In this document: piece after piece, positions 9,911 to 20,859 of the stretch
Layout: every line of letters begins with the position of its first letter
How positions within the stretch are numbered: position 1 is the first letter of the stretch
Notes under the pieces: model-generated
Database searches by the model: none
What the model was told of the DNA's origin: nothing
The model's input: only the letters and a program-made list of their open reading frames with translations
Assembly: GCA_001600815.1 (NCBI GenBank)
Contig: BCKZ01000048.1
Span: forward strand, 1 to 44,861
Reading direction: 5' to 3'
Length of the DNA stretch: 44,861 bases
Source of the DNA: Alloascoidea hylecoeti
Taxonomy: Eukaryota
Program-made: the position numbers and the translations under genes

Positions 9911-10277
9911 AAGCCACTAATTCGTCACGAGGTTTCATTTATATCATAGGACGATGAGCTCGCAAACTGTTTTGATATTAAATTCCTACCTAATACATAT
10001 TTTCTACTCATTAGTACATGTTGTAGGTGTGGCGGACTAACAGTAAATGAATCATTCAACCAACGTTCTACATGTATATTATATTTTTGCGCAAATTGAT
10101 CATGATCCCCAATGGCGATTCAGTGTTTGATCGTGAAAGGAAAATGACTTAAGGAATAATAACTATGGTACGATCCATTTCTTTATATGATCGGAAATTG
10201 TTGTTAGCCTCCTGATAACGGTACAATATTAAGTCAATTTCGTGTTTTTACAGAATACGGTACTTGATTAGTGGCTT
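9911..10277 (+). ncRNA. Candidate structured RNA of unknown family
   Basis: Nested long-range helices: 9911-9922/10266-10277 (12 bp), 9926-9934/10236-10244 (9 bp, 2 G-U), 9942-9951/10210-10217 (bulged), 9958-9965/10201-10208, plus internal hairpins. No family-defining motif recognised. Confidence 0.35.
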
Positions 10278-10441
10278 TATTAGAAAGAAAGAAATCAAAA
10301 GATGCAATTTAAATTTAAAAAAAACAACAATATAAATTTGAGCCAAACCTCCCACAAAAAAAGAAATATGTCAGTTTTTAAATCCTTCTATTTTTAATTC
10401 TCAGTTACAACCATATTAATATATATATCTAAAAAGAAAAA

Positions 10442-12040
10442 CTAGTGCCTTGAATTCTCTCCTATATCTGACCATTGATCAATTTCTTCTTCATCTCTTG
10501 CAACCATTTCATATTCTTTATATTCTTCATCATTTTCATTATTTGAATCATTTGATAAAATTCTAATAATATTATAAGTTAAAATTGTTGATAATGTAAT
10601 AATTAACCCAATAAAATTGATAAATGATAAAATATCATTAAATATAATTATAGAAAAAATAATTGTTAAAACTTCTTTTAATATACCACATATACTAAGA
10701 GTTAAAACACTACTTAATTTTAATAATTGAAATTCCATAAATGTCATAAAAAATGCTAAAAAACCAGGTATTAATATAATTATTATTGTTAAGAATGTAC
10801 CTTTTTCTGCCCATATTGGATGACTGAAAAAAGCATCAAACCCTTCAAATACTGAGCCAATTAATAATAAAACAAAAGCAATTATTGGTGAGATATAAAA
10901 TATCGTAGTGAATGGATTTGATGTATAAATATTTGTTCTTAATAAAATTTGAGTTAATGCCCATCTTAAACCACTTAAAAACGATGCGGTTAAAACCAGT
11001 GAAAATCCAAGTATAAAATTATTTTCATCTTCGGTAGTTTCAACAGCATCTCTTTGTGTTAAAACAAGTCTTTTAGCCAACATTAACATAACTTTAACTT
11101 TTTGAGATCCGGTATCTTCATCTGGGTTGGTACTAGTTGGTTGAGAATTATGATCACCATAAACCATCATAACAACACCAACAATCATGATACTTATGAC
11201 AGCAATTAGTCTTAATGATGGCTGCTCTAATTTAAAAATAAAACTGAAAAATAAAACAAATGCTAATGAAGAAGTTTTGACCATTGTATAAAGACTAAGG
11301 GAAATATATCTAAGTGATGTATTCCCAGCACCAATATCACCACCTGTAGCAACAGCACATGGAACAATTTGTGTGAAATAAAAATACCAACCAGTTAATA
11401 AACAACTCCACCAAAAAGTTTTATTCCGACTCCAATTTTGAAAAATATTGGAACTATTATCATTATCTATGTCTGTATTTATTTCTGTCTTTGGTCTATA
11501 AATAGGTAATAACCATAAGATCAAACTTGATAAAGCAAATTGAACCAACTGATGAACACTTGTAATTAAAATTGGGTATTTAAAATCTAACTCATCACCA
11601 GCAAACATCCATTTATTATAAAGTGATAAAGTTAATGAAAAAAAATACCAACCTATTACAAAGAAAAAAATTTGTAAATTCTTTCTTGTAATTATATTTG
11701 AAAGTTTAAAACTATGGTAAATGTTTCTTTTCGATAATGAATTATTATTTGGTGGTTTAACAAAATCTAAGTCCTCAAATGAATCCTGGGATGATGGTGT
11801 ATTTACAGAATTTATAACGTTGTGATTATCCTCAATATCATTATTCAGTTGTGGTGAAATGGATATAGAACCACTTTGGCCTCTTGTCTTGTGGTTACGT
11901 ATTGAACCCTCTGTTTCAGTTTCAGGTATTGGGTCGTTGATATTGAAGGGATTAGCATTAGTCGAAGCTTGAGAAGACACACCAATCGGATTAGAGCTTG
12001 ACCCCGATCGATACCTTGTACCGGAAGTCCCACTACTCAT
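10442..12040 (-). CDS. YMD8: Nucleotide-sugar transporter, TPT/SLC35C2-like
   Basis: GWYFFSLTLSLYNKWMF, PCAVATGGDIGAGNTSLRYISLSLYTMVKTSSLAFVL, SGLRWALTQILL, LTLSICGILKEVLTI; multi-pass hydrophobic profile. Confidence 0.85.
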   Translation of the reverse strand: MSSGTSGTRYRSGSSSNPIGVSSQASTNANPFNINDPIPETETEGSIRNHKTRGQSGSISISPQLNNDIEDNHNVINSVNTPSSQDSFEDLDFVKPPNNNSLSKRNIYHSFKLSNIITRKNLQIFFFVIGWYFFSLTLSLYNKWMFAGDELDFKYPILITSVHQLVQFALSSLILWLLPIYRPKTEINTDIDNDNSSNIFQNWSRNKTFWWSCLLTGWYFYFTQIVPCAVATGGDIGAGNTSLRYISLSLYTMVKTSSLAFVLFFSFIFKLEQPSLRLIAVISIMIVGVVMMVYGDHNSQPTSTNPDEDTGSQKVKVMLMLAKRLVLTQRDAVETTEDENNFILGFSLVLTASFLSGLRWALTQILLRTNIYTSNPFTTIFYISPIIAFVLLLIGSVFEGFDAFFSHPIWAEKGTFLTIIIILIPGFLAFFMTFMEFQLLKLSSVLTLSICGILKEVLTIIFSIIIFNDILSFINFIGLIITLSTILTYNIIRILSNDSNNENDEEYKEYEMVARDEEEIDQWSDIGENSRH

Positions 12041-13033
12041 TGAAGCTTATCAGACAGCCAGAAAAAAGCAAGTTTTAAAATATATCTTGATAGAGAAATG
12101 GAATATGTAGCAAAATGTTTATGAAGTATACGTTTGATGTACGGGTGTTTCAGACCATGAAATGTTAATATTGTGCTTTAAAGCCTGATAAATAATAATA
12201 ACGTATGGTGGGTGTCACTTAAATTGAACAACTTTCCATTCATGGAAAATGTAAGCACACTTATCCAAACAACCAAAGAAAATATAACATAATTATCAAT
12301 AATTCTCCATCAAAGATTCTAACAATGATCATGAGAGCATATTTCACGTCATAATTTTGTCTTTGAGAAATGTGTCAAGTTCCCATACGTATTAATATAT
12401 TTGCATACATACATTAAGACCATCAGTAACAATGTTCCATTCTGTATGCCAGAAACTGAATTCGAATATAATTAACTCGATGACTAACTACCATATATAT
12501 AGTATAAGTTAAAGTTAAGTCTAATATCTATTTTTAATTATTGGCTATAGTTATAATTATCTGAAGAGCAGTAAATTAAATGGGAGACCTCATGGCCAGC
12601 TGCAGCATATACCCATAAATAAATCTAAGCTTCTATCGAACTATCAACACCGGTATAGAGCAACATATAGTTTGATCAATCATAACTATAGGACTTGTGT
12701 CTCGAGCTTCTGTCCATTGTAAGGACCTAAGGTAATCTATAACTATCAACTAGAGATGAATATATAACTTGTATTATTTCTAGTAGTAGCGATTTAGCTA
12801 AAACCAAGTTTTGTTCTCTTGTAAAGTTACAATGCGAACTATCAGTATATTTGTAACAAGCTTGAGCAGCTGAATCTGTAAACTACTTGTAAGCAAATAT
12901 ATTGTTTTTCTATATTTGTGAAATGTTTGTTTTTTCATCATATTTTTAATCTATTACTAATTAGCAATAGATAAATATAAACTAGGTATAAACTTATACT
13001 TTCAACATAGATACTTAATCTCAAATTTTATCT

Positions 13034-14257
13034 TTAAATTTGTTTTTCTTTTGCCCAGTCATAAGTTCCAACAAGCCTCTTGTCCAAATGTTCCTTGACA
13101 GTTAAGAACTTCTCGTTGACCGCATTAGCACCTCCTCTAATGACTCGGCGAGTGATATCACTAGGAACTGGAGCTAAAGATGTGTTATTTTCTGCATGTA
13201 CAAAGTATGCCATGGAATATCTATCTTCACCTGTTTCTTGAGATTTCTTTGGGAATTTGACTCTGTGCTTTGTAGAGTGCAAAATTCCTGCACTCCAAAG
13301 GCTCAATTGATCGCCAATGTTGACGACCAACGGAGGGGCATCCCCAGGTTCTTCTGAATCAATATACGGAACCGGAATCCAGCTATTGCTAATTGGTGAG
13401 AAGATTTCTAACCCTTCCTGGCCTTGCTGTTGGAAAAGAAGAGTAAGAGTACCATAATCTGTATGTGCACCTGCTCTAATCACATCTTGTGGGTCAGCGC
13501 TTTTTTGTCCGGGATAATGTAGCACTCTCAAAGTAGTAGCAGATGGTTCGCCATCGCGATGTCTATCGGAAAACCAATTGGATCCTCCTTGGTCTTCATC
13601 AATTTTTAATCCCCTTGCGAATAACCGAAGCATCCTGGTACCAATATCTTGAAATTTTCTTTGGACACTGCGAATTAAATCAATGTTTTCTTCAAAAATA
13701 GGAGGCAGTTCATGATTTGGCCGACCATTATAGAACCCTCCAAAATTAAATGCTCTGATATTGAATTAACGTTAGAATAATACTTGATCTATGTCAAACT
13801 CTGCGATTAACTTACTCTTTTGGATCTCCCTTTTGTTGTGTTTTAGGGTCAAGACTAATTGTGATAAGAAGTTAATATATACATACTAAGTATGGTAACT
13901 TAACTTTACATAGCTTACAGTTCTCGGTTCAAACCGCTGTAACCAACGTTAGTATCTGTTATATTGTAGGGTACTTTTTGATCGGTTGGGAGCTCAAAAA
14001 ACTGTTTTGACTACTCGAATTAGGAACAATTAGTGTCCGTTGGCATCGTTATCTTGATGAATCTCTTTATTTCAACATACTAAGGTAAAAAAGTCATCCA
14101 CTTCCTTCTTTGTAAAGCCATGGCCCGTGATAAACATGAAACCATTATTTTTTGCCGCTTCTAAAAGATTATCACCTGTTTCTGTGTCGAAGGATGATAT
14201 ATCAATGATTTTTAAAGGAATTTCAAGAGTGTTCATGCTTTTTAGCGGTCGGACCAT
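13034..14257 (-). CDS. 2-oxoglutarate/Fe(II) dioxygenase, DIOX_N/IPNS-like family, 4 exons (342 aa)
   Basis: Exons 14257-14081, 14010-13919, 13854-13816, 13754-13034; GT-AG introns of 70, 64 and 61 nt keep the frame. Motifs IIDIS...GFMFITGHG, ELLDP...GDPKEAFNFG, RAGAHTDYGTLTLLFQ (HxD), STKHRV, RYSMAYF (RxS). Confidence 0.92.
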
Positions 14258-14639
14258 TATAAAGGACTATTATTAAATGATTGTTGATCTGAGCACAAAA
14301 TTTGTTGGAAAGTCGGTAAAAGGGACTCTTAACTAGATTTATTCATTAAGCTTTGTTTACTTTATTGGTAAGCTGGCGCTAATTTTTACTTTCTTCGTTT
14401 TAAATATTCGCAAATAGAGACATAAACATATACATAGGCCGGTATATAAGTTAATATAATATAATCGTATACATATACCGGTATATGTCTTCAAGTGCCA
14501 GTGATACAAGAATAAATTGTCGGAAATAGCATAGACTAAATTTCCAACTAAAAAGAAGAATAAATCCAGTTATCATGTATCTCGTTGTTTAAAACAAAAT
14601 GAGACGCTTGATATCTTCTTCGAATATGTCACGGTGTTT

Positions 14640-14850
14640 TACTAGTTAAAAGACTACTAGCCGCTTAGTGGGGAATATTTTAAACGGAAGAACAATATTA
14701 TATACAGTTCCACACAACTACAAGGAACTCATAAGACACTATGGGGAAGAATTCACGCATGGGTGTAGGGCATTCCATGATATCCAACATGTTCTTCTTG
14801 AATGTCCTGAACTTCAACAAGCCAAGAGAATAGATTTTACAGGAATCTAA
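14640..14850 (+). mobile_element. Degraded non-LTR retrotransposon C-terminal relic (Tad-like)
   Basis: SGEYFKR in one frame, then GCRAFHDIQHVLLECPELQQAKR in another. This resembles the GEY..R...CxCG....H.L.ECP....R tail of fungal LINE ORF2. Short and frameshifted. Confidence 0.4.
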
Positions 14851-16782
14851 TTGCATTTACTAACATAGTCTTGATTCGGTATTACAGTTTCTAGAAATGG
14901 CCCCGCTTGACATATGATTAAAATATACCGCGTAGGCAATGGAAATTGAAAACCTTGCTCATCTCCAGAGTATGTTTGTGTGTTCTCGGTGCTACTTCAT
15001 AGATGTGCCGGAGTCACTAGAAAACTTTAATGAGCTATCTCCTAGAGTTAAATCAGGTATAAATGGCCTTTTCAAGATTGTGCCTATTCTTATCATCGAT
15101 AAAATTGTGGTAATGGTTAATTATGTGCCTCAATTGTACGAGCGTACTTCATCTGATGAGTGACATCAAAACCTTCCAAATAATTACCAGATTCTACTGT
15201 ATCTCACCAAAGATTCGCACATTTCATATAAACGATGCGTAATTTTGTTAACTTTTGAAACAGATTTTAGTTTTTGTGTTTCTTATGGCAGCTGTTAGAG
15301 AATTCATACCGTAGGTAAAACTTAATAGAAGCAGGTTGGATTCAAACGCTAATATAAGATATAATAAGCATTAATGATGCCATAAGTAATTATACATGTG
15401 GACTCCATTATGTAATCCGACCTTATAATTGTAAATCTATTAAGATAACCAATAGTTTAATTACATAGTAGATTTTTTAATTGCTATTATATTATCTAGC
15501 TATGGTGGGCATTACTAAATTTGACTAACTTTTAGGAATATCAAAAAATTGAACACCCCTCACGCAAAATGCGGCCAGCAGAATTAATTCATTCATATCT
15601 TAAAGGCGATTAAAGGTAGATAAATAGAGAATGTAAACCTCGTCGCTCTCAATAAAAAACATTTTGCAATTCTTTGTCAAATTTTTTGTCCCTATTTCTT
15701 AACCATATGCACGTGTAAGACCTGCACAATCTAGAGGTCGTACTTGAAAAATAGGTTCGATTCACGACAGACACGTAAGCATGATATCCGAGTCCGGATC
15801 CAAAAAGTTTATGCTTCTTGGATCCAAAATTTAAATAGGTTCCTATGAATTTTATTTTTAGTTCCATAACTATTTTCTTATTTTTATTAACATCTTGGCT
15901 TCTCTCTTACTTGACATAAGGCACTCACTAATATTCATAAATCTGATTACTCCACTTACCTTTTTTAGATGAGTACATTAATATGCAACCGAAATATTTC
16001 CGGATATGACAATATGCATAATTGCAGACATTCATATCTTGATTATATGGGAAATAAGTTGGACATACATGTACCTGCAGATAAAAGTTTCGATATTCAC
16101 TCTTCTAGATCTTGTAACATCAGCTTATAGCTAATTAACTTTGTGGAATAAAAACTTTAGTCTATACAGATTCTAAAAAAGAAATATTGCAGGAAAAAAT
16201 ATTGCAAGATTGCTAACTCAATTGTACGGTGTGAAATTCGAAGTTCAAGGGACATCTCCATTGATCTTAAATGTATGTATATTAACCGAAGCAATAGTCC
16301 AAAAGATGAGGTTAATTATGAAATTTTATGAAGAATAAAAAAACCACCCATATATCATAAGCTTATAAGTTTTGCAACTTATGAATGTAAATATTTCAAA
16401 CATAAATAAAGTTTATATACCTAAACTTCTCACGGATCAATATTTAAATTTGTCTATTTTTTTTTTTCATTAGGCTTATATTTCTAATTTCCTTAGACTG
16501 TGTTTCAATTCATCGAATCACTTTCATCTGATATAAACCTTATATATGGTATAGTATTATGATATAATCTATTTATAAGTGTGGGAATATCTAATATTTA
16601 CTATTATCGGAGGCTCGTAAACTAGTTTAATGTATAACAAGTTTAATATTGACCTAGTTTTCCAATTAATAATCCAACTGATATAGTATACTCAAACTTT
16701 AATACTTATAATTATATATGGGATTCATCTTCATGATTTCTGCTCAATAACATTTTCCAATTGAAATTAAACTATCTTTGAT

Positions 16783-18544
16783 ATGTCTAAGTATTGGGCT
16801 TTCTATTCCTTTCAAATAGAAAATTTGAGAGAGAAACTTCGAGTGTATGGTATATATTAAGTTAATACATATATTCTAATTCTAATATTAATGCATAAAT
16901 AGCCCTCAAGATGACAACCCAGAATACGTTACAAATCGGTGGTGTAATCGAGACCTGATCCCAATTCCACCTAGCCGTCGAACCTTTACATCATTGGGAT
17001 TCTTCGGATATTGGTCTACATCTGGTTCATGTGTGACTGCCTGGACTATTGGGAGCACTCTATTATCATATGGGCTGACTGCAAGACAAGCGATAATAAG
17101 TGTGGTGCTCGGTGGATTTTTCACAGCATTTCTTGCTGTAACTTGTGGGTGGATGGGTAGAAATGATCACATTGGTTTCACTGTGGCATCCCGAATTTCA
17201 TATGGATTTTATGGCTCATATATAATGATACTAATAAGGGCATTCATATGTTGTATTTGGGTGGGAATACAAGGATTCTGGGGAGGACAAGCTACAAAAG
17301 CATTAATAGGTAGTATCTTCCCAATATTTATCAATGGTAGTTTAAATGAATTATTTTCAGAATCTTCTAATTTAGCTAAAAATGATTTTATTGGATTCTG
17401 TATCTGGGGATTATTTTTTGCATTTTTCATTCTAATACCACCTGAAAAGCTTCAGCTCCCATTTATGATTTCATTTGTATTATTTGTTGGAACTGGTTTA
17501 GGGTTATTAGGCTGGTCTGTATGCTATACTGGAGGGTTGGGGCCACTGTTTGATAACGATCTCAAACAGGACACCAAAGAAGATTTAGGATGGGGAATAA
17601 TGTTTGGCACAACGTAAGCACCTTTTAAAAGATACAAATTTTATTGTTGTTTACAATTCTAGCTAACATATTTGAATCATAATAGTGCGATAATTGGAAG
17701 CTGGGGAGCTGGCTGTTTAGGACAATCAGATTGGACCCGTTATGCCAAAACACCAAATTCACCAATATTAAGCCAAATACTAGCTGCTCCATTAACGATA
17801 ACAATCACCGCACTAATTGGTATAATGGTAACTTCAGCTTGTAAACCTATTTTTAATGAGTTGATTTGGAGTCCTATTGCTTTACTCCCACAAATTCAAA
17901 AGCATTATGACTCTTCATCCTCTTCAAGAGCCGCAATATTTTTTGCATCTCTTGGACTCATTTCCACGCAAATGTCGATTGCAGTAGTTTTAAATGCATT
18001 ATCAACTGGCATGGATATATCCGGTTTATGCCCCAAATATATAAATATTCGAAGAGGATCTTATATCATGGCAGTCATAGGCATTGTTTCGCAACCATGG
18101 AAATTGCTGGAAACTTCCGGGAAATTTCTCACAGTTGTGGCAGGATTTGGTGCTTTTATTGCTCCTATGACCGGTGTTATGTTAGCAGATTACTTTGTGA
18201 TTCGTAAACGACGACTAAGTATTTATGACCTGTACAATACAGAGGATTCCATTTACTGGTATCATAAGGGGTTTAACTGGCGTGGATTTTTAGCTTGTAT
18301 ATTTGGAATTTGGCCTTTAATGCCTGGTTTGATTGCTACAGCTGGGGAGTATGATATTGATGAAGGCTGGATCCGTCTTTATCGTTTAACATTTATTATT
18401 GGCACTGTTATTTCCTTTTTTATGATGATATTAATTTGTAAGATATCACCTCCACCAGGATTAGATAAATGTTTACCATTCAATGGGTTAGAAGATATAG
18501 ATCTAGATATAGTTATGGGAATTAAAAACTTAAATAAATGTTAA
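16783..18544 (+). CDS. NCS1 nucleobase:cation symporter (Fur4/Dal4/Thi7-like family), 3 exons (543 aa)
   Basis: Exons 16783-16844, 16903-17613, 17686-18544; introns GTATGG..TAG (58 nt) and GTAAGC..GCTAAC..TAG (72 nt). Motifs RWCNRDLIPIPPSRRTF, HIGFTVASRISYGFYG, GQSDWTRYAK, PKYINIRRG, PMTGVMLADYF, YWYHKGFNWR. Confidence 0.93.
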
Positions 18545-18615
18545 TAAATACATCCTTACAGCTTCAATAAATTATAGCCTACATATGTCTTTAAATTTAA
18601 CACAAATAAAATTTT

Positions 18616-20222
18616 ATGAATACAGAATCGAAGCTGAATTTACTACGAAGAAGATTTTCTAAATTTGATATAAGTGTATTACTGGAATTATTAATATCTT
18701 GTAATGGTGATGTGCAAAAAGTTATAGAATTATTACAGTATGCCAATTATAACGCTGATAATGATCAAAGATTAATAAGCAACGAATCTACCACAAATGA
18801 TAACAATATTATGACTTTTATTCCAAATATATATGATGGAACTGACACAGATAGTGCAACTAGTATACAATGTGAAAGATCTAGTAAGACAAATATTTCA
18901 AGTGAAGAGTGTACAGAAATACCCATTGAATTGAAGTTAAAAAATATCAAGGTCCCCAAAGGAAGCGAAGATACTGAAGAGTATTGGAACACAGACCGTG
19001 ATGATGCTCAGGAAATTGATACTGACTTTGAACGTACGGCCAGATCAGATCGGAAAGCTGTAGACCAAAATTTGGATCTATCCAATGATAAGGAGAATCC
19101 GAAACAGAATATCAATGATGATACCAAAAAGGAGCCAACAATAAAGTTTGTTAAAAGAATGCACTCTAAGGAAAGAATGACCCCAAACTTAAGCCTACCT
19201 AGAAAAAAACAATCGATAGCACACCAATCAAGTCTTTCTACTTTCTTGCCGGGGTTGGGATATATAAATACAGCAAGTAACGATCTATCTAATGAATCGG
19301 GAAAGGGCCGTGTTATTCATATTTATACACCTGCCGAAATAAATCAACATTTATCTTGTGTTTCATTTCATCTTAATGCTTTCCCCCAAAAAATAGCCGA
19401 TGATTCATTGCGACATCTTTTGAAGGAATCAGAAACTTTTGGCAGCAACAAATTTGTCCTCTTTGACAGAGCTTGCGAATCACCACACTCAACCTGTTTA
19501 TTTTCAAGTAGGCAAGAATTATTTTCAGGAAAGAAGGTTTTAAGCTATAATGGTCTTCAAGTCAAAGATATTAGGGCATATAATGATGATTTATCTATAA
19601 TGGAAACGATTGTTGAAGATATTGTTAATAAAGAAATAAATGAAAGAGGATATCTAAAATATCAATACAAAGGACCTTGGAATGGGGAAGTAGCTGTTGT
19701 GAATACATATAACGGATCAAAATCTTCCGTTGGATGGCATTCCGATAAAATGACACAGATTGGACCCCACGCAGTTATTGCAGGAGTTTCCTTGGGAGTA
19801 ACGAGAGAGTTCCGATTGAAACATAAAACGGATTCCTCAAAACCAACCTTTTCGATTCATCTTCCTCATAATTCATTGGTTATAATGCATGCTGGATGTC
19901 AAGAGGATTATAAACATTGTGTTATATCTAACGCAACCCCTTTGGATCTTCATCCCATATCAGGTTCAGTACGAATCAGTTTGACATATCGTTTATATCG
20001 AGCAGAATTCACTGATAAGGCTCCTAAATGCAACTGTGATTTAACGATGATTCTCAGAATTTCTTTTAAAGGGAAATCAAAAGGGAAATATTTCTGGACC
20101 TGTGCCGGTGAAATGCAAGGAAATGGATGTGGGTAAGTGTTAAATTACATTTTTTGCAATTGTTGAAATGAAATTAACGAACATTTAGTGGATTTCAATG
20201 GGCATCTTTTGATTCCGATTAA
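18616..20222 (+). CDS. AlkB-family (ALKBH2/3-like) dioxygenase with N-terminal CUE-like domain and C-terminal GRF zinc finger, 2 exons
   Basis: VVNTYNGSKSSVGWHSD (NxY, HxD), IAGVSLGVTREF, LPHNSLVIM, YKHCV, RISLTYR; PKCNC...GKYFWTC...CG. Intron 20133-20188 (GTAAGT..ATTAAC..TAG) adds GFQWASFDSD*, completing the GRF finger. N-terminal helical LLELLISCNGDVQKVIELL. Confidence 0.88.
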
Positions 20223-20859
20223 AAAAAACACAAAAAGAATAAACCATAAATTATACCAATTTCAACCAATAAGAAATCCAAAACGACACCATTATAATAT
20301 AAGCTTTAGCTTACGTCAGAATTATGTTATTAATTGAGGTTAATTAAAATGGAACATTCGCTGCATCGACTAATGATATTCTTCAGGACTTGTAGTTAAG
20401 TTTCTTTTGATATTCTCTTGATTATACAGTATTCTAATCATAAAAGGTGAATTTTTGAAATGATTTAAATCTACAAAATGACTAATCGATGAACTTGGAT
20501 CTTCCTATATATAACCTTAACGTTTAATATTAAACACATGGGATGAAAATTAAAATGTGTGTGCATGTGAAACTGAAGAAAAAAAATCAAAACTGCATAA
20601 CCCAAAAAAAAATATACAATGCGGTTTTTAATTTCTTTTTTTATACGAATCTTGATAATTTAAATCTTTAAATTATTATTATTAGACGTTGCAATATATT
20701 TGTTCTATTGGAGTGACTTGTTTTTTTTTTTGCCTATTTCCTTTCTATTTCATTTATTTATTGAGGTTATATTTTTTTGCTCTTATCTTGGTTGCTGGAT
20801 TATTTACGCGTACAGTACATATTCATTTAGAATTATATTGCACGATAAGGCAAGTACAA

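Noticed and set aside
9880..10280. U3, snR30, SRP or RNase P/MRP identity for the structured segment
   Set aside because: Only short partial resemblances. U3 box A/A', snR30 m2, the SRP helix-8 motif and P4 consensus sequences were not found, so the family is left unassigned.
15153..15175. CTGATGAG...CAAAAC, hammerhead-like core
   Set aside because: Lacks the invariant GAAA and a stem II; no flanking stems found.
15753..15763. B-box-like GGTTCGATTCA
   Set aside because: No A box or cloverleaf around it, so it is not callable as a tRNA. An isolated TFIIIC site cannot be supported from sequence alone.
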